Shown here: piece after piece, positions 1 through 8,215 of the stretch | Layout of the letters: every line of letters starts with the position of its first letter | Position numbering within the stretch: position 1 is the stretch's first letter | Assembly (NCBI GenBank): GCA_027064305.1 | Contig: JAMOPY010000017.1 | Span: 1 to 37,089 of the forward strand | From: Methanobacteriota archaeon | GTDB lineage: Archaea; JAADCQ01; Methanopyri; Methanopyrales; Methanopyraceae | Length of the DNA stretch: 37,089 nt | Reading direction: 5' to 3' | Program-made: the position numbers and the translations under genes | Notes under the pieces: generated by a model | The model's input: only the letters and a program-made list of their open reading frames with translations | Told to the model about the DNA's origin: nothing | The model's database searches: none

Positions 1-93
1 TGGTGGGGCCGCCCGGATTTGAACCGGGGTCCCGCGGCCTCTGGGCGGCCGCTCCCCAGCCGCGGAGGATAGACCAGGCTACCCCACGGCCCC
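1..93 (-). tRNA. tRNA-Pro(GGG) with 15-nt intron (39..53) at canonical 37/38 and encoded CCA
   Basis: Reverse complement GGGGCCG-TG-GGGT...TCCT-C-CGCGG-CT-GGG-G-[AGCGGCCGCCCAGAG]-G-CCGCG-GGAC-CCCGG-TTCAAAT-CCGGG-CGGCCCC-ACCA. Full cloverleaf; the intron forms a bulge-helix-bulge (CTGG/CCAG central helix). Confidence 0.95.
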
Positions 94-120
94 GACGCCG
101 TGCCCGGGCCGGCTCAGGAT

Positions 121-134
121 GTTAATAACCTTAA
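121..134 (-). promoter_or_regulatory. Putative TATA box for tRNA-Pro
   Basis: AT-rich TTAAGGTTATTAAC about 30 nt upstream of the tRNA 5' end in very GC-rich context; overlaps the rpoN stop. Confidence 0.55.
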
Positions 135-349
135 CGGGACAGGCCGAGGCGCGGGGGCGTGTACGGGAGCGACTCCTTGAGCAGGTCCACGTGCGATAGG
201 AACATCCGGCGGCAGCAGTACCGGTGGATCCCCAGCTCGTCCAGGGCTTCCTTGGGGCTCTTGCCCTCCTCCTCGACCAGCTCGACGTACTTCTCCCACA
301 GGTGGGCGATCGGCCGCCCGCAGGTGAAGCACCGGATCGGGATGATCAT
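131..349 (-). CDS. rpoN: DNA-directed RNA polymerase subunit N (Rpo10)
   Basis: MIIPIRCFTCG...RYCCRRM zinc motifs; start trimmed to the ATG at 349. Confidence 0.97.
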   Translation of the reverse strand: MIIPIRCFTCGRPIAHLWEKYVELVEEEGKSPKEALDELGIHRYCCRRMFLSHVDLLKESLPYTPPRLGLSR

Positions 350-362
350 GGGGGAGGGGCCC

Positions 363-767
363 CTAGCGGTAGCTCTTCTGGCGCCGGGCTCGGGCGCCTC
401 GGCCGCCGAACTTCTTCGGCTCCTTGCGCCTCGGGTCACCCTTCAGCATGTGCCGATCGTAGGCCAGGTAGGCGTCCCGGAGGTCGGGGTCCCCCGTCCA
501 CTCCACGAGTCCGCGGGCGATCGCGATCCGGGCGGCCTCGGCCTGGCTCATCCACCCGCCACCCTGGACCTTCACGTCGATGTCCACCTGGCTGACGACG
601 TCCTCTCCGGCGATGATCAGCGGTTCCATGATCTTCATCCGGGCCATCTCCGGCTCGATGATGTTCACGGGTCGGTTGTTGACGCGAACGCGGCCCTCGC
701 CCTCTCGGATCACGGCCCGGGCGATCGCGGTCTTCCGCTTCCCGGTGGTCTGAACGATCCGGGTCAC
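363..767 (-). CDS. rps9: 30S ribosomal protein S9 (uS9)
   Basis: [10 protein letters not shown]...[22 protein letters not shown]. Confidence 0.98.
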   Translation of the reverse strand: MTRIVQTTGKRKTAIARAVIREGEGRVRVNNRPVNIIEPEMARMKIMEPLIIAGEDVVSQVDIDVKVQGGGWMSQAEAARIAIARGLVEWTGDPDLRDAYLAYDRHMLKGDPRRKEPKKFGGRGARARRQKSYR

Positions 768-1249
768 CGCTCAAGCGCCCCCTCGGGGGGTTGGTATCCG
801 AGCTCTCGGGAGAGTTCCTCGAGCGTGACGTACCAGAGGCGGCTCAGCCGGCTCATGTCCGCCTCGGCCACGCGCTCGGGCTCCACGTCGGCCTCCTCCA
901 CCCACCGGGGCGTGCCGATGTAGGCGCGCAGGCGGCGGAAGGCGTTGCGGCCCCGGGACGTCTTCCAGGGGAGCATGCCGCGCACGACGCGCCGGAAGAT
1001 GAGGTCGGGCCGGCGCGGGTAGAACGGGCCCTTCTTCGGGTCGCCGCGCTGGATCTTCTGCAGCCACTCCTCCTTGATCCGGCGCTTGTCCCCGGTGATG
1101 ATGGCCTTCTCGGTGTTGATCACGGCGATCCGCTCGCCCTTGAGCAGCCGCTTGGCCACGACGCTCGCGAGGCGGCCGAGGATGGCGTTCTCGGCGTCGA
1201 TGATCGTCCACTCCTCCGGGTCGACCGGCTTGGCGTGCGCGTACTCCAA
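764..1249 (-). CDS. rpl13: 50S ribosomal protein L13 (uL13)
   Basis: [14 protein letters not shown]...RRVVRGMLP; operon context. Confidence 0.97.
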   Translation of the reverse strand: MEYAHAKPVDPEEWTIIDAENAILGRLASVVAKRLLKGERIAVINTEKAIITGDKRRIKEEWLQKIQRGDPKKGPFYPRRPDLIFRRVVRGMLPWKTSRGRNAFRRLRAYIGTPRWVEEADVEPERVAEADMSRLSRLWYVTLEELSRELGYQPPEGALER

Positions 1250-1262
1250 GGTCTCGGGCCCC

Positions 1263-1646
1263 CTACTCGATGATCCGCACGTGGGAGCCGCGCGGGTTCT
1301 CCTCCATCAGCTCGCGGATGGTCAGGCACTCGCCGCCGGCCGCCTCGATCTTCTTCCGGGCCATCCGGCTGAACCGCCACGCCGCGACGCGGAGGGGCTG
1401 GGTGAGGACGCCGTCCCCGAGGACCTTGCCCGGCACGAGGACGGTCTCGTTCTCCTGGATCACGCCCCGGCGGGCCAGTCCGTCGAGCTTGCCCACGTTG
1501 ACCTCGGCCCGCCGGCGTCGGGGTCGGGAGAGGCGTTCGGCCACGTCCCGCCAGATCGGGGCGTTGTGCTCCCGGGAGGCCTTCTTCAGGTCGCGGATGA
1601 GCTTCCTCAGCTCGATGTTCGTGGGTCCGGTGGGCGCCCAGGTCAT
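1263..1646 (-). CDS. rpl18e: 50S ribosomal protein L18e (eL18)
   Basis: IWRDVAERLSRPRRRRAEVNVGK...VPGKVLGDG...KIEAAGG. Confidence 0.97.
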   Translation of the reverse strand: MTWAPTGPTNIELRKLIRDLKKASREHNAPIWRDVAERLSRPRRRRAEVNVGKLDGLARRGVIQENETVLVPGKVLGDGVLTQPLRVAAWRFSRMARKKIEAAGGECLTIRELMEENPRGSHVRIIE

Positions 1647-2464
1647 GACTCCTCACCCACCTCGCGCTCGAGGTTCTCCCTCAGCGACTTGAGCTTGTGC
1701 TCGAGCGCGTCGAACGCGCGCTCGAACACCTCCTTAAGGGGCATGGACCCGTCCGTCTCCACGTTGAACACGAACGCGTCGTCCCGGAGCCGGAGCTTGA
1801 TCGCGCCGTTCGTCGCGCGCTCGTACTCCTTGTACATACGGCACTCGGGGAGCCGGTCCTCGTCGAGGTGCACGATCTCGCCGTCCTTCACCTTGAGGAT
1901 GCCCTGGGGACACTCGTACGTGATCTTCTCCTCCTTGAGCCGCTCCTCGTCGATCTCCAGCTCGGGCAGGCCCTTGTACCCGACCGCGCTGACCGGCTTC
2001 CACTTGGCGTGCTCGAGGCCCAGGCCGGGGACGGCGATGGCCTCGAGTCGGAGCCGCTGCTCCTCACCCACCTCGGTAATGAGCGTGTCGGGGAAGGCGG
2101 GCTCGACGCCCGGGTGGTCGAACTCGAGGTCCTTGGCGTAGACCTTCTTGGGCCCCTCCACCTCGAGCTCGGCGCGCACCTGGCACTTCTCGCAGCCCTT
2201 GCCGCCGCAGTCGCAGAGGTCGGGAAGCTCGAACTGGTCGATGTCGTCGACCTTGAGCGGGATGAGGCCGAGGCGGTGGGCGAGCATCTCGTCGTACATC
2301 GGCGTGTCGTTCTCGTAGATGATGACCTCCTCGATGCGCAGCGTGGGGACGAGGGTGTAAAGGGCGCGGCGGATGGTGTTGACGAGCTCCGGGCTGGTGT
2401 CCTCGACGATGAAGGTGGCGCGCTCGACGTCCAGCCGCTCGTAGTCGTAGAGTCGGACGCGCAA
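1643..2464 (-). CDS. rpoD: DNA-directed RNA polymerase subunit D (Rpo3)
   Basis: NTIRRAL, DEMLAHRLGLIPL, CxCxxxxCxxC, HAKW, VETDGSM. Confidence 0.97.
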   Translation of the reverse strand: MRVRLYDYERLDVERATFIVEDTSPELVNTIRRALYTLVPTLRIEEVIIYENDTPMYDEMLAHRLGLIPLKVDDIDQFELPDLCDCGGKGCEKCQVRAELEVEGPKKVYAKDLEFDHPGVEPAFPDTLITEVGEEQRLRLEAIAVPGLGLEHAKWKPVSAVGYKGLPELEIDEERLKEEKITYECPQGILKVKDGEIVHLDEDRLPECRMYKEYERATNGAIKLRLRDDAFVFNVETDGSMPLKEVFERAFDALEHKLKSLRENLEREVGEES

Positions 2465-2469
2465 GGGGC

Positions 2470-2901
2470 TCAGACCCTGCGTCCTCTCTTGCCGCCCGGC
2501 CGCCGGGTGCCGTCGTGCGGGATCGGGGTCACGTCCTCGATCCGACCGATCTTCAGCCCGGCCCGCGCGAGGGCTCGGATCGCCGCCTGGGCGCCCGGTC
2601 CCGGCGTCTTAGGCCCGTGACCGCCGGGGGCGCGCACCTTGACGTGGACGGCGGTGATGCCCTTCTCCTTGGCCTCCTCGGCGGCCCTGCGGGCCGCCTT
2701 CATCGCGGCGTAGGGCGAGCTCTCCTCGCGGTCCGCGTCCACCACCATGCCACCGGAGCAGCGGGCGAAGGTCTCGGCGCCGGTCAGGTCGGTGATCGTG
2801 ATGATCGTGTTGTTGAACGAGGCGTAGATGTGCGCGACTCCCCAGCGCTCCTTCTTTTTCTTGCCCTTCTTCTCGCCACCCTCCTCCGCCATCGCGATCA
2901 C
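2470..2901 (-). CDS. rps11: 30S ribosomal protein S11 (uS11)
   Basis: [16 protein letters not shown]...[11 protein letters not shown]; the true start may be the ATG at 2892. Confidence 0.98.
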   Translation of the reverse strand: MIAMAEEGGEKKGKKKKERWGVAHIYASFNNTIITITDLTGAETFARCSGGMVVDADREESSPYAAMKAARRAAEEAKEKGITAVHVKVRAPGGHGPKTPGPGAQAAIRALARAGLKIGRIEDVTPIPHDGTRRPGGKRGRRV

Positions 2902-2914
2902 CCCGGGGCGCTAC

Positions 2915-3478
2915 CTACTCGGAGGATTCGGCCGTTTCCTCGGGCGCCTCGCCCTCGATCTGGGCCCGGAGCGGGTGATCCTCGTCCCGGAGCGGGGAGT
3001 ACGGTGAGTACTGCACCTGGTCCTCCTCCTCTCGGGTCACGAGGTAGCTGGGCACGGTCACGATCCGGTCGCCGATGGCGATGTGCCGGTGCACGATGAG
3101 CTGCCGGGCCTGCAGGGGGGTCTTGGCGAGGCCCTTGCGGTAGACGATCGTCTGCAGCCGGCGCTCGAGGACGTCCTCGACGCTGAGCCGCAGGACGTCG
3201 TCCAGGGTGGCCTCCTCGGGCGGCTTGTCCAGGATGCCGAGCTCGTACAGCTTGCGGAACAGGGCCTCACGCTCCCGCTGGGCCTCCGGTCCGGTGGCGG
3301 CCATCAGCCGCTTGGCGCGGTCGCGCCACCGCTTGAGCTGCGTCTGGTGCTTCCAGAGCTCCCGCTTCCGGCGCAGCCCGTACTTGCGCATGAGCTTCTT
3401 CTCGTACTCCAGGCGCTCCTTCTCCCATGGGTGCCGGGGCGTCTCGTACTTCTTCCTCGGCTTCTTGGGGTCGCCCAT
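2915..3478 (-). CDS. rps4: 30S ribosomal protein S4 (uS4)
   Basis: [18 protein letters not shown]...LERRLQT...ARQLIVH. Confidence 0.98.
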   Translation of the reverse strand: MGDPKKPRKKYETPRHPWEKERLEYEKKLMRKYGLRRKRELWKHQTQLKRWRDRAKRLMAATGPEAQREREALFRKLYELGILDKPPEEATLDDVLRLSVEDVLERRLQTIVYRKGLAKTPLQARQLIVHRHIAIGDRIVTVPSYLVTREEEDQVQYSPYSPLRDEDHPLRAQIEGEAPEETAESSE

Positions 3479-3500
3479 GGGGACGAACCCCCGGCCGGGG

Positions 3501-3959
3501 CTACTGCTGCTTCTTCTTCACACCCACGGTCTTGCCGCGGCGGAAGGAGGACTTGGTGCGCTGGCCGCGGACGGGCAGGCCGAGCTCGTGCCGGATCCCG
3601 CGGTAGGCGCGGATCTTCTTCAGGCGGTCGATGTCCTGCTTGACGGTCATCTCCAGCTCGGCGCCGACGAGGTGCTTGTCCTCGCCCGTCTCGTAGTCCT
3701 TCTGCCGGTTGTACATCCAGGAGGGGATGTTGGACTCGCCCTTGGACAGTCTCTCGATCTCCTCCTCGATGCGCTGGATCTCCTCGTCGGACAGCTCGCC
3801 CAGGAGCCGGTCCTCGTCGATTCCCAGCTCCCGGCAGATCGCGTACGCCATCCGGATGCCGATGCCCTTGATACCGGTGAGCGCGTACGGGACCTTCTTG
3901 TGCCCGTCCAGGTCGACGTCCGCGATTCGAACGATGGGTTTGATGTCCTCCTCCGCCAA
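3501..3959 (-). CDS. rps13: 30S ribosomal protein S13 (uS13)
   Basis: ALTGIKGIG...[19 protein letters not shown]. Confidence 0.98.
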   Translation of the reverse strand: MAEEDIKPIVRIADVDLDGHKKVPYALTGIKGIGIRMAYAICRELGIDEDRLLGELSDEEIQRIEEEIERLSKGESNIPSWMYNRQKDYETGEDKHLVGAELEMTVKQDIDRLKKIRAYRGIRHELGLPVRGQRTKSSFRRGKTVGVKKKQQ

Positions 3960-3992
3960 CTCCGGGCCCCCCGGCCGCCGGATTCGGTGCTC

Positions 3993-4000
3993 TTAAAAAA
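3993..4000 (-). promoter_or_regulatory. T-tract/TATA-like element (TTTTTTAA): rps13-operon promoter and/or terminator of the upstream sRNA and HD gene
   Basis: Isolated AT run about 35 nt upstream of the rps13 start and just downstream of the C/D sRNA. Confidence 0.5.
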
Positions 4001-4005
4001 GTCGC

Positions 4006-4068
4006 GGAGGTCGGGTAAACCCCGTCCTCCTCATCGAGGGCTCGGCCGACCCCTAACTCCTCATCTCC
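4006..4068 (-). ncRNA. Box C/D guide sRNA (sRNA-A)
   Basis: GGAG-ATGAGGA(C)-GTTAGGGGTCGG-CCGA(D')-GCCCTCG-ATGAGGA(C')-GGACGGGGTTTAC-CCGA(D)-CCTCC. Guides are 12 and 13 nt, with a GGAG/CTCC terminal stem; overlaps the HD gene stop. Confidence 0.85.
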
Positions 4069-4652
4069 GTCTCGTCCCGGAACCAGTCCAGGAACGCGAG
4101 CAGGCGCCGGGCGCGGGCCCGGGCCAGCCTGCGGGCCGTCTCCGTGTGCATGAGCCGGGGCAACCTCAGCAGCTTCTCGTGGAAGTGTTGGATGCCGTCC
4201 TCGAGGCTGGTGCCGCGCTCGCCCACGACGCAGAAGCACCGGGCGATGCCCACCGCGCCCATCGCGTCCAGGTTGTCCGCATCCTGCAGGATCCTGGCCT
4301 CCAGGGTCCTCGGCTCCGGGCCCGTGGAGTACCGGTGCGCCTCGATGGCGTGCACGACGTCGTCCAGCTTGTCCCTGGGGAAGCCCAGGGAGGGCAGCAC
4401 CCGGGCGGCGATCCGGGCGCTGACGCGCGCGTGGTCGCGGCCCGTGCGCTCCTCCTCGGGCCGGCCCACGTCGTGCAGCCAGGCGGCGGCGAGAAGGACC
4501 TCCAGGTCCGCCCCCTCGCGCCGCCCGATGAACTCGCAGAGGGAGACGACGCGGCGGACGTGATCGTACCCGTGGGACGGCGGCACGTCGGGGCCCCGGA
4601 GCCGGCGGCGAACGAACGCGGCCAGGTCCCTCTCCCAGGGGAACGAGCTCAC
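4053..4652 (-). CDS. HD-domain phosphohydrolase
   Basis: H(GYDH)...WLHDVGR...IEAH...QDADNLD HD-superfamily pattern. Confidence 0.9.
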   Translation of the reverse strand: MSSFPWERDLAAFVRRRLRGPDVPPSHGYDHVRRVVSLCEFIGRREGADLEVLLAAAWLHDVGRPEEERTGRDHARVSARIAARVLPSLGFPRDKLDDVVHAIEAHRYSTGPEPRTLEARILQDADNLDAMGAVGIARCFCVVGERGTSLEDGIQHFHEKLLRLPRLMHTETARRLARARARRLLAFLDWFRDETEMRS

Positions 4653-5269
4653 AGCTCCAGGACCACCGCCCCGCCGGGGCCCGGGTTCACGATCCGGGTG
4701 TCGCCGAGCTCATCCTCGCCCGCCGCCTCGTGGATGTGGGCGCAGATGTGCAGCTCCGGCCGGTACTCCTCCACGATCCTCCGGACCGCCTCGCTGCCCA
4801 CGTGCTCACCGGACTCGACCCGGTCCACCTTCGTGTCCTTCGGCGGGGCGTGGGTCAGGAGGATGATCGGCTCGCTGGCCCGGTCCATCAGCTCCCGGAG
4901 CCGGGACTCCAGGACCCGCTCCTCGAACTCCAGCGGCGTGTCGAACGGGGTCGGGTTGGAGCCGCCCATCCCCACCACGTCGTAGTCCCCGAGGCGCTTG
5001 CGCTTGAGGTGAACGGACACGCCCCGGGTGTCCAACACGCGGACGACCTCGTGCGTGTCGCAGTTCCCGGGCACGGCCATGATCTCCTGACCGTGCTCCT
5101 CCAGGACGTCGACGATCTCCTCGGCCACGTGCGCGGGGTCGTCCAGGTTGAAGTCCGAGACGTCGCCCGCAACGAAGATCACGTCCGCGTCCTCGTCCGC
5201 GGCCTTCTCGGCGACCTTCTCGGCCTTCTCCACGTCCCCGTGAAAGTCCGCGGTCGCGATCCCGATCAC
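4649..5269 (-). CDS. Icc-type metallophosphoesterase
   Basis: ADFHG, AGD, PGNCD, THAPP, CAHIHE, NPG motifs; GTG start at 5269 preceded by GGTGAT. Confidence 0.9.
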   Translation of the reverse strand: MIGIATADFHGDVEKAEKVAEKAADEDADVIFVAGDVSDFNLDDPAHVAEEIVDVLEEHGQEIMAVPGNCDTHEVVRVLDTRGVSVHLKRKRLGDYDVVGMGGSNPTPFDTPLEFEERVLESRLRELMDRASEPIILLTHAPPKDTKVDRVESGEHVGSEAVRRIVEEYRPELHICAHIHEAAGEDELGDTRIVNPGPGGAVVLEL

Positions 5270-5303
5270 GCGATCACCACCCCGGGCGGCCGTGGGCGGT
5301 CGG

Positions 5304-5876
5304 TCAGGACTTATTGGTTTTGTCAGGCGCGCCCCGGCGCTCCAGCAGCCTCCTCCAGGACTCCGGAAGGTGCCGGATCGACCGCAGCGCCCGCTTGACG
5401 GCCTCCCGGTCCCCGAACACCTCGATCCTGGTCCACTCGTCCGCGTACGTGATGATGGCACCCGACTCCTCGCACACGTCCTGCAGCCGCTCCACCTCCA
5501 CCGGCTCCGGGAGCTCAACCCGGGCGAACCCGTCCCCGGCCCTCGGCACGGGCCGGTGGGGCGTGGGGATGAACCGGGACCGGGCCGCCTCCTCCCGGAA
5601 CCGGGCGGCCAGCTCGTCAACGCGCTCGGTCCACGAGGTGAGCCGCTCCAGCAGGTCCTCGTGCTCCCGGCAGAGCTCGGCCAGGCGGCGCTGGGCCCGG
5701 TCCAGGTACTTGTGCGCCTTGGCCAGGGTCTTGGGCCCGGTGTGGGGGTCGAACTCGTGATGGTGAATGATCACCCGGGCGATCTTCAGGTTCTCGATCA
5801 CCTCGGTCGGGACGTCGACGCCGCGGGACCGCAGCTCGCTGACCACCTCGTGGAGGGCGACCCACTGGGCCTTCAG
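5304..5876 (-). CDS. DUF2096-like conserved methanogen protein
   Basis: QW.AL.E...EL...G.DVP..V...LK.AR N-terminus resembles DUF2096; probable CTG start at 5876 (first canonical start is GTG 5846). Confidence 0.7.
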   Translation of the reverse strand: MKAQWVALHEVVSELRSRGVDVPTEVIENLKIARVIIHHHEFDPHTGPKTLAKAHKYLDRAQRRLAELCREHEDLLERLTSWTERVDELAARFREEAARSRFIPTPHRPVPRAGDGFARVELPEPVEVERLQDVCEESGAIITYADEWTRIEVFGDREAVKRALRSIRHLPESWRRLLERRGAPDKTNKS

Positions 5877-6148
5877 CGGCTCAGCTCCCTCGCGATCCTC
5901 TCCCGCGAGTCCCGTGATAGTCGGGCCCCCAGGTCCTTCTTCAGCAGCCGCTCCACGTCCTCCGGGGAGTCCACCTCCTCCTCGAAGATGACGTAGTAAC
6001 TGGAGGTTCCCTCCACGTTGAACAGGAAGAGGTGGGGGTCCCGGTCCAGGTCGACGTCGGCCAGGGCGGCCTTGAGCCGGGCGAAGTCCTTCAGGTCGTC
6101 GCTCAGCTCGGAGTAGCGCGAGCGTCCGAGGTACTTGGCCACGAACAC
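5873..6148 (-). CDS. DUF749-like conserved methanogen protein
   Basis: MFVA...KA...NVEGTSSY motif; adjacent to the DUF2096-like gene. Confidence 0.75.
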   Translation of the reverse strand: MFVAKYLGRSRYSELSDDLKDFARLKAALADVDLDRDPHLFLFNVEGTSSYYVIFEEEVDSPEDVERLLKKDLGARLSRDSRERIARELSR

Positions 6149-6197
6149 GGGACGATGGCCCCGTCGGGCCCGGACGCCGAGCGCTTAAGTCGGGCTC

Positions 6198-6261
6198 GGT
6201 TCGGCGACGGCCGTTGTCATCATCCTGGGAGCGGTCAGGATCCAGGCCCTCTCCACATCCG
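6198..6261 (-). ncRNA. Box C/D guide sRNA (sRNA-B), degenerate terminal C box
   Basis: ATGTGGA(C?)-GAGGGCCTGGATC-CTGA(D')-CCGCTCCCAGG-ATGATGA(C')-CAACGGCCGTCG-CCGA(D). The D' guide is complementary to archaeal 16S GGUCCAGGCCCU. Confidence 0.75.
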
Positions 6262-6274
6262 GGGGGAGCGCGGC

Positions 6275-6904
6275 GTGGCCTGGCCGCTGTCGCTGCTGGC
6301 GGCGGCGGTGCTGGGGACGGCCTACGGACCCATCTCGGTGCTGCTGGCGCTGTTCGGGGAGGTCGCGGTCGGCTCGGCGGCCGGAGGGCTGCCGAAGCCC
6401 GTCTCGGTCGCGGTCGTGGCGCCGGTGATCGAGGAGTTGTCCAAGGGGATGGGCTTCCTGGTCCTGCCGGGGCTCGTCGCGAGGGTACTGGAGGCGCTCC
6501 TGCGACCCGCGATCCGGAGGGGCGAGGACTCGTTCCTGGGCGGCGCGGCCCGGTTCGTGGTGGAGGCGGTGCGGGAGAGCGGTCGGGGCGTGTCGGGACC
6601 CCTCGTGCTGGGGGCGACGACGGCGCTCGTGTTCGGTACGATCGAGAACTTCTTCTACGCGGTGTGGAGCCTGAAGTTGGGGCCGCTGGCCCCGATCGTG
6701 GTCGGGGTGACCCGGACCTTCGTGTCGCTCCCGGTGCACGTGCTGGCGACGTCCTCCTTCGCCTTCCTGTACGGGCTGGTGTGGAGGGTGGTGGGAAGCA
6801 GGTGGGTGGGCGCGCTGTCGGGGTACGTTTCGGCCGTGCTGATCCACGCGGCGTTCAACTTCTCGATCCTGTACCTGAGGTACAAGGCGGTGCACGCGAG
6901 GTGA
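6275..6904 (+). CDS. PrsW-family intramembrane glutamic protease
   Basis: Hydrophobic; APVIEELSKG (EExxK), FGTIEN (FxxxE), VH and HAAFN (HxxxN) motifs; start trimmed to GTG 6275. Confidence 0.85.
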   Translation: MAWPLSLLAAAVLGTAYGPISVLLALFGEVAVGSAAGGLPKPVSVAVVAPVIEELSKGMGFLVLPGLVARVLEALLRPAIRRGEDSFLGGAARFVVEAVRESGRGVSGPLVLGATTALVFGTIENFFYAVWSLKLGPLAPIVVGVTRTFVSLPVHVLATSSFAFLYGLVWRVVGSRWVGALSGYVSAVLIHAAFNFSILYLRYKAVHAR

Positions 6905-6964
6905 CGGTCGGCACTTAAAGGACTCGTCATCGCGGGCCTCGGTCCGCCCATCACTCCTCATCCT
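6905..6964 (-). ncRNA. Box C/D guide sRNA (sRNA-C) predicted to methylate 16S C1402 and the U at position 912 (E. coli numbering)
   Basis: ATGAGGA(C)-GTGATGGGCGGA-CCGA(D')-GGCCCGCG-ATGACGA(C')-GTCCTTTAAGTG-CCGA(D). Guides pair with 16S CCGCCCGUCAC and ACUUAAAGGA. Confidence 0.92.
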
Positions 6965-6984
6965 CGCCGCCGGGGAGGCCGGGC

Positions 6985-7521
6985 TTGCGCGTGTTCATAG
7001 GGGTTACGGGAGCGAGCGGTCAGGTCTACGCGAGGCGGTTGGCCGAGGTGCTGTTGGAGGAGGGGGTGGAGGTGGAGGCGTGCGTGACGCGGGCGGCGGA
7101 GCGGGTGATGAGGCGGGAGGGGGAGCGCCTTCCGGAGGGGGTGCGGCGCTACGATCCGGAGGACCTCTCCGCCCCGCCCGCGAGCGGGACCTACCGGGTG
7201 GACGGGTACGTGGTGTGCCCCTGCTCGCTGACCACGCTGGCGAGCGTCTCGGCGGGGATCGGGTCGGATCTGGTGAAGCGGGCGGCGATCGTGGCGCTGA
7301 AAGAGGGGCGCCGGCTGGTGCTGGTGGTGCGGGAGACCCCGTGGCCGGTCTCCGCGCTTCGGGCGGCGCTGGAGTTGGCGCGTGAGGGCGCGACGATCCT
7401 GCCCGCGTGCCCGGCGTTCTACCATCGACCCGAGGACGTGATGGATCTGGTGGACTACGTGGTGCAGAAGGTGCTCGACGCGTTGGGACTGGAGGTGGAC
7501 CTCGTCCGGTACGCGGACTGA
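6985..7521 (+). CDS. ubiX: Flavin prenyltransferase UbiX
   Basis: GVTGASG, APPASG, PCSLTTLA, LKEGRRLVLVVRETP, PAFY. Confidence 0.95.
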   Translation: MRVFIGVTGASGQVYARRLAEVLLEEGVEVEACVTRAAERVMRREGERLPEGVRRYDPEDLSAPPASGTYRVDGYVVCPCSLTTLASVSAGIGSDLVKRAAIVALKEGRRLVLVVRETPWPVSALRAALELAREGATILPACPAFYHRPEDVMDLVDYVVQKVLDALGLEVDLVRYAD

Positions 7522-7522
7522 C

Positions 7523-8197
7523 TCACTCGGTGGGGATGAACTTCCGGTACGGGTCCTCCTTCAGGAGCCTGCGCAGCTCCTCGACCGTCAACCCCTTCAT
7601 CCGGTCCCCGAAGAAGTCGCAGCGTCCCGGGGTGACCCTGCCCTTGCGCTCGAGCTCCGGGCTGCTCACGGTCACGTTGATCTCCGCCTTTGCCCCGCCC
7701 GGCGTGCGGACCTTGATGTTGACGTAGTGCTCGGGGATGTTCAGGGGTTTCCCGCCGCGCTCGGTGATGATAACCTCGTCCACGTCCAGGATCTCGATGC
7801 CCGCCTCCTTGAGGCGCTCGATCACCTCCTCGGGGTCCGTGGTGCCGAGCACGGTGATGTCGATGTCGCTCTCCCGCTTGATGTTCCCCCGCCAGACGCT
7901 GCCGATGAGCCGCGGGTCGAGGTCCTCCAGGGCCTCCATGACCTTGAGCGCCTCCTCGCGGAGCCACTTCAGGCGCTCGAGCTTGCGCTCGCCCTCCAGC
8001 TCGTCGCCGATCCGGTCGAGCTCGATCGCCACCTCCCGGTTGGAGGGGAGGATGTCGACTCCCAGCCGCCGCGCGGCCAGCTTCTTCGCGTCGATGTACT
8101 CATCCACCACGCCCTCGTAAAGGAGTCGGGCGGCCTCTCGGGCGACCTTCTTCCGCACCCACTCCAGCTCCCGGCGGTTCAGACGCTTCTCCACCAA
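7523..8197 (-). CDS. Predicted nucleotidyltransferase (Pol beta superfamily)
   Basis: IGSVWRG...SDIDI (GS..DxD) with a helical N-terminus (AREAARLLY). Confidence 0.85.
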   Translation of the reverse strand: MVEKRLNRRELEWVRKKVAREAARLLYEGVVDEYIDAKKLAARRLGVDILPSNREVAIELDRIGDELEGERKLERLKWLREEALKVMEALEDLDPRLIGSVWRGNIKRESDIDITVLGTTDPEEVIERLKEAGIEILDVDEVIITERGGKPLNIPEHYVNIKVRTPGGAKAEINVTVSSPELERKGRVTPGRCDFFGDRMKGLTVEELRRLLKEDPYRKFIPTE

Positions 8198-8215
8198 CGT
8201 GAGGGGCCTGCCCCT

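Noticed and set aside
5300-5330. CTGA-N15-CTGA on the minus strand as a possible fifth C/D sRNA
   Set aside because: No C or C' box. The AT-rich core AAAACCAATAAG fits a promoter for the downstream phosphoesterase better.
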